DNA from: an uncultured Actinomycetes bacterium
GTDB taxonomy: Bacteria; Actinomycetota; Thermoleophilia; Solirubrobacterales; Solirubrobacteraceae
Assembly: GCA_963774115.1 (NCBI GenBank)
Contig: CAVZDN010000001.1
Coordinates: forward strand, 572,910-636,909
DNA length: 64,000 bases
Reading direction: 5' to 3'
The notes beneath the pieces are model-generated. The model made no database searches and had not been told where the DNA came from. It saw only the letters and a program-made list of their open reading frames with translations. Position 1 is the stretch's first letter, and each line of letters starts with the position of its first letter. Shown piece by piece: positions 51,676 to 61,556 of the stretch. Made by a program: the position numbers and the translations under genes.

Positions 51676-52980
51676 ATGCCGAGCCAGACGGCAGCGCCGA
51701 CGCCAGCGACAGGGGACGTGCTCGACGCGCTTGCGGAGACACGCACACGGACGCTCGCGCTCGTCGCCCACCTCGACGACGAGACGCTGGAGCGCGTGCA
51801 CTCGCCGCTGATGAGCCCGCTCGTCTGGGACCTCGGCCACATCGCCGCGTTCGAGGACCTGTGGCTCGCGCATCGCTTCGGCGAGCGGCCGCTGCTGCGC
51901 CCGGACCTGGCGCAGGTCTACGACGCCTTCGAGACGCCGCGGGCCGACCGCGGCGAGCTGCCGTATCTGCGCCGTGAAGACGCGACCACCTACCTCGCCG
52001 CCGTGCGTGAGCGCACGCTTAGGGTGACGGACAGACATGGTGTCGGCGACGGCGTCCTGCACGAGCTGGTGCTGCGCCACGAGCAGCAGCACACCGAGAC
52101 GATGCTGCAGACGATGGAGCTCGCACGGTTGGCGGCGCCGGCCGACCGTGCCGCCGCGCCGGCCGCTCCGTCGCAGCGGTGGAGCGGGCTCGAGCTCGTC
52201 GACGTTCTGGGGGGTCCCTGCACGCTCGGCGCCGCGCCCGGCGGCTTCGCCTACGACAACGAGCGCCCGCGCCACGCGGTCGAGCTGCCCGCCTTCCGCA
52301 TCGGCCGCACGCCGGTCACGAACGCGACGTACCTGTCGTTCGCCGAGGGCGGCGGCTACGAACGGCGCGAATGGTGGTCGGACGAAGGCTGGGCGTGGAA
52401 GGAGGAGCACGACATCTGCCGACCCGCCGGGTGGACGGCGGACGGGCGCGAGTGGCGGATGGACCGCTGCGAGCCGCTCGACCTTGACAGCCCCGTCGTC
52501 CACGTCTCCTGGTTCGAGGCCGACGCCTTCGCCCGCGCCCATGGCGCGCGCCTTCCGAGCGAGGCGGAGTGGGAGAAGGCGGCGACCTGGGACCAGGCGG
52601 CGCAGACGGCGCGCGCGCGGCCGTGGGGCGACACCGCGGACGAAGACGCCGGGATCTTCGCCCGCGCGAACGTCGACCAGCGGCTGTACGGCAGGGCGCC
52701 CGCGGGCGCCTATGCGGCCGGCGCCTCCCCTGCCGGCTGCCTCGGGATGGTGGGCGACGTGTGGGAGTGGACCGCGAGCGCCTTCCACGCCTACCCGGGC
52801 TTCGTCGCCTACCCCTACAAGGAGTACTCCGAGGTCTTTTTCGGCGGCGACTACCGCGTGCTGCGCGGCGGCTCGTGGGCGACCCGCGCACGCGTCGCCA
52901 CTCCCGCCTTCCGCAACTGGGACCACCCGCAGCGGCGCCAGATCTTCTCCGGCTTCCGGATCGCGAGGGACGCCTCCTGA
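51676..52980 (+). CDS. egtB: Ergothioneine sulfoxide synthase EgtB
   Basis: SPLVWDLGH, HEQQH iron ligands, YDNERP, GDVWEW, RNWDHP. Confidence 0.93.
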   Translation: MPSQTAAPTPATGDVLDALAETRTRTLALVAHLDDETLERVHSPLMSPLVWDLGHIAAFEDLWLAHRFGERPLLRPDLAQVYDAFETPRADRGELPYLRREDATTYLAAVRERTLRVTDRHGVGDGVLHELVLRHEQQHTETMLQTMELARLAAPADRAAAPAAPSQRWSGLELVDVLGGPCTLGAAPGGFAYDNERPRHAVELPAFRIGRTPVTNATYLSFAEGGGYERREWWSDEGWAWKEEHDICRPAGWTADGREWRMDRCEPLDLDSPVVHVSWFEADAFARAHGARLPSEAEWEKAATWDQAAQTARARPWGDTADEDAGIFARANVDQRLYGRAPAGAYAAGASPAGCLGMVGDVWEWTASAFHAYPGFVAYPYKEYSEVFFGGDYRVLRGGSWATRARVATPAFRNWDHPQRRQIFSGFRIARDAS

Positions 52981-53984
52981 TGTCGAGCATCGCCGATCCC
53001 GACATCACGATCGACCACTGCCTCGACGAGGCGCACGAGCGCGGCCTTGCGGAGGACGTGCTCGACGGCCTCACGCGCCCGTTCAAGGAGCTGCCGCCGA
53101 AGCACTTCTACGACGAGCGCGGCTGCGAGCTGTTCGACCGGATCACCGAGCTGCCGGAGTACTACCCGACGCGCGCCGAGCGGTCGATCCTGGAGGCGAA
53201 CGCGGAGGCGATCGTCGCCGCGACCGGCGCCGTCGAGCTGGTCGAGCTGGGCTCCGGGACGGCCGCGAAGACGCGCGTGCTGCTCAGCGCGATGGCGAGC
53301 TCGCCGGAGCCTCCCGGACTGCGCCGCTACGTCCCCTTCGACGTCGCGGAGTCGGTCGTGCGCGAGAGCGCAGAGGCGCTCGTGGTCGAGTATCCGGGCC
53401 TCCGCGTCCACGGCGTCGTCGGCGACTTCGAGCGCCACCTCGACCGCATCCCGCCGCCAGTCGAGGGCGAGCCGCGGATCGTCGCGCTGCTCGGCGGCAC
53501 GATTGGCAACTTCCCGCCCGGCAGCCGCCGCCGGCTGCTGCGCGAGATCGCCGCACTGCTGGGCCCAGACGACCACCTGCTGCTCGGAACCGACCTCGTC
53601 AAGGACCCGCACGTGCTGGAGGCCGCCTACGACGACAGCGCGGGCGTGACGGCCGAGTTCAACCGCAACGTGCTGCACGTGCTCAACCGCGAGCTCGACG
53701 CCGACTTCCAGGTCGGCGCGTTCGAGCATGTCGCCTTCTTCGACCGCCGCAACGAGTGGATCGAGATGCGCCTGCGCGCGAGCTGCGCCTCATCCGTGCG
53801 GGTCGGCGCGCTCGACCTCGACCTCGAGCTGACCGCCGGCGAGGAGATCCGCACCGAGATCAGCGCGAAGTTCACGCCCGCGCGCCTCGCCGCCGACTAC
53901 GCCGCCGCCGGCCTCGCGCTCGCCGGCTGGCACACCGACCCGCAGCGGCGCTTTGCGCTGTCGCTGGCGGCGCCGGACGTTTGA
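52980..53984 (+). CDS. egtD: L-histidine N-alpha-trimethyltransferase EgtD
   Basis: LPPKHFYD, EYYPTRAE, ELGSG, TIGN, AYDD, TEISAKF. Confidence 0.95.
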   Translation: MSSIADPDITIDHCLDEAHERGLAEDVLDGLTRPFKELPPKHFYDERGCELFDRITELPEYYPTRAERSILEANAEAIVAATGAVELVELGSGTAAKTRVLLSAMASSPEPPGLRRYVPFDVAESVVRESAEALVVEYPGLRVHGVVGDFERHLDRIPPPVEGEPRIVALLGGTIGNFPPGSRRRLLREIAALLGPDDHLLLGTDLVKDPHVLEAAYDDSAGVTAEFNRNVLHVLNRELDADFQVGAFEHVAFFDRRNEWIEMRLRASCASSVRVGALDLDLELTAGEEIRTEISAKFTPARLAADYAAAGLALAGWHTDPQRRFALSLAAPDV

Positions 53985-54011
53985 GCGAAGGCCGCGCGGT
54001 AGGGTCGGTGG

Positions 54012-55097
54012 ATGCGCCGATCGCTACTCGTCGCACTCGCATGTTGCGCGCTGGGCGCCGCGCCCGCAGGGCCGGCGGCCGCCGCGCCGGCGCCCTCGTC
54101 GAGCGTGAGGATCGCCTTCACGATGCCGACCGGGGAAAGGGACGTGTGGCCGAACGCGGCTGCCGGCTGCCTCTCGCTGAGCGGCGGCTGGTCGCGAGCC
54201 TCCACCCCGCGCTTCACCGGCGGCTCGCTGCGCCCGCGCGGGCTGCTCGACGTCAGCGGGCGCTCCGGCGAGGCGATCGTCCCGGGCGAGGCGATCAACG
54301 TCGAGCGGATCCTCTTTGCGCCCTCGCGCGCGCTCGCGGCATTCGACGTCGGCCTCCAGCTGGCCGGCCGCGACGCGTACCTGAGCGGGACGATCCGTCG
54401 CGGCCGCCTGCTCACCGCCAAGGCACCGCCGCGCCGCCGGCTCGCCCGCCTGCACGGGGCCAAGCTCGCGTACAGGACCGTGCGCGGCCGCCTCGTCGTC
54501 ACCGTGACCGGACGCGCGACGATGCTCGCGCCGCTCGCGAGCATGTTCGAGGAGCTGCGCTGCAAGGGGCCGCGCCTCAGCGGCCGCCCGATCCGCGTCG
54601 GCGCCGCGCTCGGGAAGGTCACGGCGACGATCCAGCCCGCCGGCGCGACGGGTGTGCTCGCGAGCCTCGGCGCGGCCGTGCTGGTCGGGGGCGCGGCGGA
54701 CCCGCCGCCGGGCGTCGAGGCGACCGGCGGCGCGCAGACCTCCGCCAGCGGCATCCGCTTCGCGACCGCGGAGCGGCCGCGCCTCGAAGCCTCGTGCGTG
54801 AGCGACCGCTGCGAGCCGAGCGGCGGCAGCGTGCAGCTGGTCGGCGGCTTCGACTTCGTCGCGGGTGCACAGCGGCTCTCGCTGACCAACCTGTCGATCG
54901 CGTTCGCGGGCGAGCAGCGCACGGTCACCGCGACGGTCGGCGGCGTGTCGATCCCCGTCGCCGCGGGCCCGGCCCACGGCCTGCTCGCGTTCAGCGACGA
55001 GCTGCGCGCGCGGCTCGTGGCGACGTTCGGCGACGCGGAGCTGGACGGCTCGCTGTCCGGGATCGATCTCCCGTTCGGCCACCTCGCGCCCGCCTGA
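54012..55097 (+). CDS. Secreted beta-rich protein (weak HtaA-like resemblance)
   Basis: Signal peptide; GGSVQLVGGFDF...LSLTNLSI segment; family uncertain. Confidence 0.6.
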   Translation: MRRSLLVALACCALGAAPAGPAAAAPAPSSSVRIAFTMPTGERDVWPNAAAGCLSLSGGWSRASTPRFTGGSLRPRGLLDVSGRSGEAIVPGEAINVERILFAPSRALAAFDVGLQLAGRDAYLSGTIRRGRLLTAKAPPRRRLARLHGAKLAYRTVRGRLVVTVTGRATMLAPLASMFEELRCKGPRLSGRPIRVGAALGKVTATIQPAGATGVLASLGAAVLVGGAADPPPGVEATGGAQTSASGIRFATAERPRLEASCVSDRCEPSGGSVQLVGGFDFVAGAQRLSLTNLSIAFAGEQRTVTATVGGVSIPVAAGPAHGLLAFSDELRARLVATFGDAELDGSLSGIDLPFGHLAPA

Positions 55098-55109
55098 GCG
55101 CGGCGCGGG

Positions 55110-55385
55110 CTACCGCCGCGAGTTGTAGGGCGTCACCGACTGCCCACGCGAGCGGCGGATGCCCCACAGGATCAGCGTCGCGACGAGCACCGAGACGACG
55201 ATTCCCGCGCCATCGGAGTCGAACAGCACGCGCATCAGCAGCCCACCGACGAACGCACCGAGCAGCCCGAGCCCGATCGTCGCGGGGATCGACATCGGGT
55301 CCGGACCGGGCAGCGCAAGCCGCGCGAGCGCGCCGATGACCAGACCGCTGAGGGCGAGAACGAGCAGATAGGCGAGCAGGCTCAT
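55110..55385 (-). CDS. GlsB/YeaQ/YmgE family membrane protein
   Basis: GLVIGALARLALPG, TIGLGLLGAFVGG. Confidence 0.9.
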   Translation of the reverse strand: MSLLAYLLVLALSGLVIGALARLALPGPDPMSIPATIGLGLLGAFVGGLLMRVLFDSDGAGIVVSVLVATLILWGIRRSRGQSVTPYNSRR

Positions 55386-55468
55386 GGAACGAGCGTACCC
55401 GCCTACGACCGTCCTGCCTCATGGTCGCTGTGCGACCACAGGACAGGACGGTCGATCGCGCCGGTTCC

Positions 55469-56662
55469 TCAGGCGAGTCGTTCCACGATCATCGCTTGGC
55501 CCATGCCACCCGCGACGCACATCGTCTCCAGCCCGATCGTCTTGTCGAGCGTCTGGAGGTCGTTGAGGAGCGTGGTCATGATGCGGGCGCCGGTCATCCC
55601 GAAGGGATGGCCGAGCGCGATCGCGCCGCCGAACGGGTTGAGCTGCTCGTCGGAGATGCCCCACTCGCGCTGACACGGGACGACCTGCGCGGCGAACGCC
55701 TCGTTGAGCTCGACGATGTCGATGTCGCTCATCGACATGCCGGCCTGCTTGAGCACGTTGCGCACGGCCGGGATCGGGCCGAGACCCATGTACTCCGGCT
55801 CGAGCGCGCCGACGGCCGAGGCGATGATGCGCGCCTTCGGCTTCAGGCCCAGCTCGTTCGCGCGCTCCTCGGACATCACGAGCACCGCGGCCGCGCCGTC
55901 GTTGAGCGGGCAGGCGTTGCCGGCCGTGACCGTCCCGTCCGGCTTGAAGACGGGCTTGAGCTGCGCGAGCTTCTCCTCGGTCGTGCCGGGTCGTGGGCCG
56001 TCGTCCTTCGTGACGGTCGCCTCGGCGACGGTGATCTCCTGGCCCTGATCGTCGTGCTCGACGTGCTCCGGCACGACGACGGGGACGATCTCCGCGTCGA
56101 AGTGGCCGGACACCTGCGCGTCGACGGCACGCTGCTGGGAGATGGCGGCCCAGCGGTCCTGCTCCTCGCGCGTGATGCCCTCGCGCTCAGCGACGTTCTC
56201 CGCCGTCAGACCCATCGGGATGTAGACGTTCACGAGCGAGCCCGCAGAGCCGTCGAGCTGCGGGTGGAACGGCATCGGCGCGCCTCCGCCGGCGCGCGAG
56301 ACGGCCTCGACGCCGGCCGCGATGTAGGTGTCGCCCTCCCCCGCCTTGATCGCGTGGAACGCCATGCGGATCGTCTGCAGCGACGAGGCGCAGAAGCGGT
56401 TGACGGTCGTGCCGGGGACGGAGATGGGGAGCCCCGCGAGGATCGATGCGTTGCGCCCGATGTTGTAGCCCTGCTCTCCGTCTCCCCCGGCGGCGCCCAT
56501 CATGACGTCGCCCACGGTGGAGAAGTCGAGTCCGGGGTTGCGCTCCATCAGCGCGCGGAGGGGGATGGCGGCGAGGTCGTCGGCCCGCACGGACTTCAGC
56601 GAGCCCTTGACGGCGCGGCCGATCGGCGTCCGCACCGCGTCGACGATGACGGCTTCAGACAT
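55469..56662 (-). CDS. Acetyl-CoA C-acyltransferase (thiolase)
   Basis: VNRFCASS, NEAFA, GHPFGMTG, CVAGG. Confidence 0.95.
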   Translation of the reverse strand: MSEAVIVDAVRTPIGRAVKGSLKSVRADDLAAIPLRALMERNPGLDFSTVGDVMMGAAGGDGEQGYNIGRNASILAGLPISVPGTTVNRFCASSLQTIRMAFHAIKAGEGDTYIAAGVEAVSRAGGGAPMPFHPQLDGSAGSLVNVYIPMGLTAENVAEREGITREEQDRWAAISQQRAVDAQVSGHFDAEIVPVVVPEHVEHDDQGQEITVAEATVTKDDGPRPGTTEEKLAQLKPVFKPDGTVTAGNACPLNDGAAAVLVMSEERANELGLKPKARIIASAVGALEPEYMGLGPIPAVRNVLKQAGMSMSDIDIVELNEAFAAQVVPCQREWGISDEQLNPFGGAIALGHPFGMTGARIMTTLLNDLQTLDKTIGLETMCVAGGMGQAMIVERLA

Positions 56663-56689
56663 GGTTGGCGATTCCTTTCGGATGAGGTG

Positions 56690-56750
56690 CCCGGCGGTCT
56701 CACTCCACGGGCCTGCGTTTTCCCCGGCGGTCGCACTCCACGGGGGCCTG
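56690..56750. repeat. Imperfect tandem direct repeat (26-28 bp, 33-bp period)
   Basis: CCCGGCGGTCTCACTCCACGGGCCTG at 56690 and CCCGGCGGTCGCACTCCACGGGGGCCTG at 56723. Confidence 0.85.
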
Positions 56751-56831
56751 TCTGAAGGGTAGTACGAACGGGGGCGTTCACACGCTGTTTCGTCGCGAGT
56801 CGTGTGGAAGGTGGACTAGACTTGACTAACC

Positions 56832-57068
56832 ATGCATCAGGTGAACGTCCACGAGGCCAAGACCCACCTCTCTAAGCTCCTCCAGCTCGTCGAAGAGGGC
56901 GACGAGGTCATCATCGCCCGCAACGGCAAGCCCATCGCGAAGCTCGTGCCTCACGTACCGAAGCGGAACTACGCCTCGATCCGCGGCGTGTGGAAGGGCA
57001 AGGTCGACATGTCACGCTTCGACGAGGCGGACGAGGAGATCGCCCGCGAGTTCGGGATGATCGATTGA
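56832..57068 (+). CDS. Phd/YefM family antitoxin
   Basis: VNVHEAKTHLSKLL...GDEVIIARNGKPIAKL. Confidence 0.93.
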   Translation: MHQVNVHEAKTHLSKLLQLVEEGDEVIIARNGKPIAKLVPHVPKRNYASIRGVWKGKVDMSRFDEADEEIAREFGMID

Positions 57069-57457
57069 GGCTGCTGCTCGACAGCCACGTGCTGCTGTGG
57101 CTCATGCTCGACGATCCGAGGATCCACTCCGAGGTGTGGAGCGTGACGCTCGGCGGCGAGCACGATGTGCTCGTGAGCGCTGCAAGCGTCTGGGAGCTGG
57201 AGATCAAGCGCCGGAAGGGCAAGCTGTCAGCGCCGGTCGACCTGCTCCCCCGTGTCGAGCAGGCTGGCTATCGCCTGCTCGACATCACGCCCGACCACGG
57301 GCTCGACGCGGCCCGGCTCCCACCGCACCACGGCGACCCGTTCGATCGGATCCTCATCGCTCAGGCGCAGTCGGAGGCAGCGACTCTCGTCACACACGAC
57401 GACGCGTTGAGCGCCTACGACGTGCCGACCATGCGCGTGGACTCGGCCCGCGGCTGA
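57065..57457 (+). CDS. vapC: PIN-domain VapC toxin
   Basis: LLLDSHVLLW, SVWE, HGDPFDRILIAQA, VTHD; TTGA overlap with antitoxin. Confidence 0.92.
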   Translation: MRLLLDSHVLLWLMLDDPRIHSEVWSVTLGGEHDVLVSAASVWELEIKRRKGKLSAPVDLLPRVEQAGYRLLDITPDHGLDAARLPPHHGDPFDRILIAQAQSEAATLVTHDDALSAYDVPTMRVDSARG

Positions 57458-57473
57458 GCGGTCGCGAAGCGCG

Positions 57474-58127
57474 CTACAGCCCGAGCCCGCGCACGCCGTC
57501 CTCGTCCCAGCCGAGGTGGTGGGCGAGCTCGTGGCGGACTGTGCGGACGATCTGGGCGCGCAGGAGGTCGTAGTCGTGGCCGAAGTCGCGCACGAGCGTG
57601 TCGCGGAAGATCACGATTCGCGCGAAGCCGTCGTGGGCGACGGTCGGGCCGTGGTAGAGGCCATAGGCGTGGTGGTGGCGGCCGTTGTCTTCGACGACGA
57701 CGGCGACGTGCTCCAGCGCGCGGTGAAACTCGAGCGGGAGGTCGTCGAGCGCGGATCTGACGAGCGCCTTGAAGTCCTCCTCGTTGCCGACGTCGAAGCC
57801 GATGTCGTCGTCATCGTCGTCGTCCCAGAGGTCGTCGTCGGCTTCGCCCGACATGCTGTCGCGTGCGAGCTCCTCGGTGTGCTCGACCAGCGCCTCGAAC
57901 TCACGCTCGGATCTCGGGTTTCTCCAGTCCGCGAGGCGCCCAGTGATCAGCGCGAGCACGAACGCGAGCACGACGGCGGCCGCCAGCCCGACGATGATCC
58001 CCTGGAAGAACTTGACCGGGAATTCAGTGGCGAAGCCGCCGAAGACGGTGATCGCCAGGACGCCGAGGGCAAAGGCGACGAGCGCCGACCAGGCGATCTG
58101 CGCTCCGGTCGGTGTCTTCCCCCACAT
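57474..58127 (-). CDS. Zincin-like metallopeptidase with two N-terminal TM helices
   Basis: YGLYHG, IVIFR, HELAHHLG (HExxH). Confidence 0.85.
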   Translation of the reverse strand: MWGKTPTGAQIAWSALVAFALGVLAITVFGGFATEFPVKFFQGIIVGLAAAVVLAFVLALITGRLADWRNPRSEREFEALVEHTEELARDSMSGEADDDLWDDDDDDDIGFDVGNEEDFKALVRSALDDLPLEFHRALEHVAVVVEDNGRHHHAYGLYHGPTVAHDGFARIVIFRDTLVRDFGHDYDLLRAQIVRTVRHELAHHLGWDEDGVRGLGL

Positions 58128-58144
58128 GATCCGAGGCTAGCGCC

Positions 58145-59299
58145 TCAGCGCAGCGTACGTGCGATCACAACGCGTTGGATCTCGTTCGTGCCCTCGTAGA
58201 TCTGAGTGATCTTGGCGTCGCGCATCATCCGCTCGACGGGGTACTCACTGACGTAGCCGTAGCCGCCGAGCACCTGGATCGCCTCGATCGTCACGCGCAT
58301 CGCGTTGTCGGAGTTGAAGAGCTTCGCCATCGCCGAGTACTTGCCGTGGTCGGCGTCGCCGCGGTCGGCCTTGGCCGCCGCCTGGTAGAGCAGCTCGCGG
58401 CCGGCGGCGCAGTTGGTCTCCATGTCGGCGAGCTTGAACTGGATCGCCTGGAACTCGTTGATCGGCTTGCCGAACTGCCGACGCTCGCGCGCGTAAGCGG
58501 CGGCGTAGTCGGTCGCGCCCTGGGCGATCCCGAGCGCCTGCGCGGCGATCCCGAGACGCGAGTGGTCGAGCGTGCCGAGCGCGACGTGCATGCCCTTGTC
58601 GACCTCGCCGATCAGGTTCCCGGCGGGGATCCGCACGTCGTCGAAGATCGGCTGGCCGGTCGGCGAGCCCTTGATGCCGAGCTTCTTCTCCAGCTTGCCG
58701 ACGCTGAAGCCGGGACGGTCGGCCTCGACGACGAACGCGCTGATGCCGCGCGAGCGCCCGGCCTTCGGGTCGGTGACGGCGAAGACGACATAGAAGTCGG
58801 CGATCCCGAGGTTGGTGATCCAGTTCTTCGTGCCGGTGACGATCCACTCGTCGCCGTCGCGGACGGCCTTCGTGATCATGCCGCCAGGGTCAGAGCCGGC
58901 CTCTGGCTCGGACAGCGCGAACGCCGGAGTCCACTCGCCGGAGGCGCACTTCGGCAGGAACCTAGCTTTGAGCTCGTCGGAGCCGAACAGCTTTATCGGG
59001 AGCGTGCCGAGGTCCTGCACGGCCAGCATGAGCGCGCTCGACGCGCACGCCTTCGCGACCTCCTCGATCGCGATGCTGAGCATCAGCGCCCCGGTGCCCG
59101 TGCCGCCGTACTGCTCCTCGAACGGCAGGCCGAAGAGGTCGTGCTCGGCGAACAGCTCGCGCAGGTCGTACGGGTACTCCGCCTTCTCGTCGATCTCCGC
59201 GGCACGCGGCGCGACGCGCTCGCGGACCATCTGGCGGATCGTGCCGCGGAAGGCGAGCTGGTCGTCGGTCAGGGCGTAGGAATCGGCAAGTGCGGACAT
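58145..59299 (-). CDS. Acyl-CoA dehydrogenase
   Basis: FALSEPEAGSD, GTKNWIT, QVLGGYGY, IYEGTNEIQR. Confidence 0.95.
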   Translation of the reverse strand: MSALADSYALTDDQLAFRGTIRQMVRERVAPRAAEIDEKAEYPYDLRELFAEHDLFGLPFEEQYGGTGTGALMLSIAIEEVAKACASSALMLAVQDLGTLPIKLFGSDELKARFLPKCASGEWTPAFALSEPEAGSDPGGMITKAVRDGDEWIVTGTKNWITNLGIADFYVVFAVTDPKAGRSRGISAFVVEADRPGFSVGKLEKKLGIKGSPTGQPIFDDVRIPAGNLIGEVDKGMHVALGTLDHSRLGIAAQALGIAQGATDYAAAYARERRQFGKPINEFQAIQFKLADMETNCAAGRELLYQAAAKADRGDADHGKYSAMAKLFNSDNAMRVTIEAIQVLGGYGYVSEYPVERMMRDAKITQIYEGTNEIQRVVIARTLR

Positions 59300-59448
59300 G
59301 CAGCCGATGCTAACGACGGCCGACGGGAGCGCACGCCGGTTCGGGCACCAGCAGCGAACCGGAGTGAGCGAAGCGAGCGGTCTCGCGAGGCGTGACGCCG
59401 AGCGTGGTCTCAAGCCGCGGGCCAGGATGGCCCGCGGAGGTACCTAAC

Positions 59449-60468
59449 CTAAAGGCCGGCGGGGTGCCGCACGCGGTACCCGGAGGTGGAGCGCATGTCC
59501 GTCTGCCAGCGTGACGGCGCCGCGCCGCTCGTATCGAAACGCAGCCCGGCGACGACCATGTAGGCGTGGCTGGGGTTGCCGTAGACGGTGACCCAGCGAC
59601 CTTCGCCGCGTTCGCCCCAGCCCATGAAGCCAGTTGAGTCGAGCGAGACGCTCAGCAGCCCGGCGCCGTGGAGCGCGTAGCTGACGGAGCCGGAGCAGTC
59701 GTAGCCGGCGTCGTCCCAGTGACCGTGCCCGCCGCCGTAGCGGTAGGGCTTCGTGGCGATGCGATTGCCGGCGGCGATGATCGCCTTGACCGACTCCGGC
59801 GCGTCGGCCGGCGCGATGGCCATGCCGTCGCCGCGCAGCCTCGCGTGACCGACCGGGCCGGTCGGCGCCGCGGAGGCGTCGCCGAGGCTGCGCAGCGTGC
59901 CGACGACCTCAGGCCCGACGACCCCGTCGACCGTGAGCCCGCGTGAGCGCTGGAAGTGCTTGAGGTTGTGCAGCGTCGTCGGCCCGAAGGCCCCGTCCAC
60001 GGGCGTCGGGACGCCGGCGCGTGTGAGGTAGTCCTGCAAGACGCGCACGTCCTGGCCCTTCATCCCCCTCTTCAGCGCGCGGTCGCCGAGATGCTGACCG
60101 CCACCCCCGCCGTCGTCCTCCCGCGTCCTTTGCTGCGCCTTCGCCCGCCGCGCCGCGACCGTGCGCAGCGCCGAGACGGCCTGCGGCCCGACGATGCCGT
60201 CGACGTCGAGGTGATGTGCTCGCTGGAAGCGCTTGACGTTGCGCAGCGTCTGCGGCCCAAAGATGCCGGCGATCGGCGTGCGGAAGCCGGCACGCGTGAG
60301 GAAGTCCTGCAGCACGCGCACGTCGTGGCCGCGGTCGCCGCTCTGCAGCGTGCGCTGGCCCAGGTGCTGAGCAGCGGACGCCGTGGACGGCGCCAGCGCG
60401 GCGGCAAGCAGGACGAGACAGATGACGAAGCGGGATCGCGTACGGGCAGACGCGAAGGTGAACGACAC
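59449..60468 (-). CDS. Secreted NlpC/P60-type hydrolase with two peptidoglycan-binding domains
   Basis: Signal peptide; two G.DVRVLQ..L...FGP.T...FQ...DG.VG repeats; PYRYGGGH, YDCSG, HAYM. Confidence 0.9.
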   Translation of the reverse strand: MSFTFASARTRSRFVICLVLLAAALAPSTASAAQHLGQRTLQSGDRGHDVRVLQDFLTRAGFRTPIAGIFGPQTLRNVKRFQRAHHLDVDGIVGPQAVSALRTVAARRAKAQQRTREDDGGGGGQHLGDRALKRGMKGQDVRVLQDYLTRAGVPTPVDGAFGPTTLHNLKHFQRSRGLTVDGVVGPEVVGTLRSLGDASAAPTGPVGHARLRGDGMAIAPADAPESVKAIIAAGNRIATKPYRYGGGHGHWDDAGYDCSGSVSYALHGAGLLSVSLDSTGFMGWGERGEGRWVTVYGNPSHAYMVVAGLRFDTSGAAPSRWQTDMRSTSGYRVRHPAGL

Positions 60469-60491
60469 GGGTGCAGCCCCTTCTCTTTCGG

Positions 60492-60633
60492 ACGCCTGCG
60501 GGGTTAGCTGACGGGCTCGCGCAGAAAGAGCAGCGCTACGTCCTGAGTCGGACGATTCGCCCCCGGGACCTCGTGAGGAGGGCCCAATGGTTCCCCCGCT
60601 CCCTGGCTTTTGCGGTGCCAGGGATTCGGCTGG
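60492..60633 (-). ncRNA. c-di-AMP riboswitch
   Basis: Minus strand GCCGAATCC...GGGGGAACC...GGGGCGAATC...CGTAG...CCCGTCAGCTAACCCCGCAGGC. Confidence 0.9.
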
Positions 60634-60714
60634 GTTCTTGAACGAAGCACGGCAGAGTACAGAACTCGAAGCAGGAATGTGCCAATGTGCAGCGAAAGCG
60701 CCGCGCAGCCGCGC

Positions 60715-61533
60715 TCACAGCCCTGCGGGGTGACGGATCGCGAACCCGTAGGAGGACCGCATCCCCCGCTGCCAGCGCGATGGCGAAGCGCCGCTCGTGT
60801 CGTAGCGCAGGCCCGCGACGACCATCCAGGTGTGCGTGCCGTGGGCGTAGACCGTGATCCAGCGACCGTGGCCCGCGTACCCCCAGCGCATCAGGTCGCC
60901 CGAGACCAGCGGCGTGGAGAGCAGACCGCCACCGTGCAGCGCGTAGCTGACGGAGCCCGAGCAGTCGTAGCCGCCGGCGCTCCATCCACCGTGGCCGCCA
61001 CCCCAGACGTAGGGCGTCTTCGCGATCCGGTTGCCGGCCGCGATCACGGCCCGCACCGTCGCAGGGGCGTCGATCGGGGCGATCGCGGTCCCGTCGCCAC
61101 GCAGATGCGCGCCGCCGGGCGGCCCCACGTCGGCGCCCGGCGCGCCGACGCGGCTCAGCGTGCGGACGTCCCGCCGACCGATGACGCCGTCGACCTTGAG
61201 GCCGTAGCGGCGCTGGAAGCGGCGGACGTTGCGTCGCGTCCGCCGGCTGTAGCGCCCGGCGATCGGGGTGCGGAAGCCCGCCCGGCTGAGCCGGTGCTGC
61301 AGGACGCGCACGTCCGCGCCCTTCATCCCCTTCCTGAGGACGCGGTAGCCGAAGTGCTTGGCATGGCCCTGATGCCGCGGATGGACGTGGTGGCCGCGCG
61401 CTCCTCTGTGGAGCGTGCGGTCGCCGCGGTGGTGGGCCGCGCCGGCCGTGGCGGGCACGAGGACGGTGAAGAGCACGACAAGAATCGCCACCCGGCGCGG
61501 TTGAGCGCAGGCTGACGCGAAGCTGGCGAACAC
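60715..61533 (-). CDS. Secreted NlpC/P60-type hydrolase with one peptidoglycan-binding domain; paralog of 59449-60468
   Basis: PYVWGGGH, YDCSGSVSYALHG, HTWM; His-rich remnant of a first PG-binding domain. Confidence 0.9.
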   Translation of the reverse strand: MFASFASACAQPRRVAILVVLFTVLVPATAGAAHHRGDRTLHRGARGHHVHPRHQGHAKHFGYRVLRKGMKGADVRVLQHRLSRAGFRTPIAGRYSRRTRRNVRRFQRRYGLKVDGVIGRRDVRTLSRVGAPGADVGPPGGAHLRGDGTAIAPIDAPATVRAVIAAGNRIAKTPYVWGGGHGGWSAGGYDCSGSVSYALHGGGLLSTPLVSGDLMRWGYAGHGRWITVYAHGTHTWMVVAGLRYDTSGASPSRWQRGMRSSYGFAIRHPAGL

Positions 61534-61556
61534 GGGAGCAACCCCTTCTCAATCGA

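Noticed and set aside
56690-56750. Mini CRISPR array
   Set aside because: Only two copies separated by 7 nt; no spacers or cas genes.
59330-59420. REP-like hairpin (CCGGTTCG...CGAACCGG followed by GAGCGAAGCGAG)
   Set aside because: I saw only one copy in the window, so a repeat family cannot be supported.
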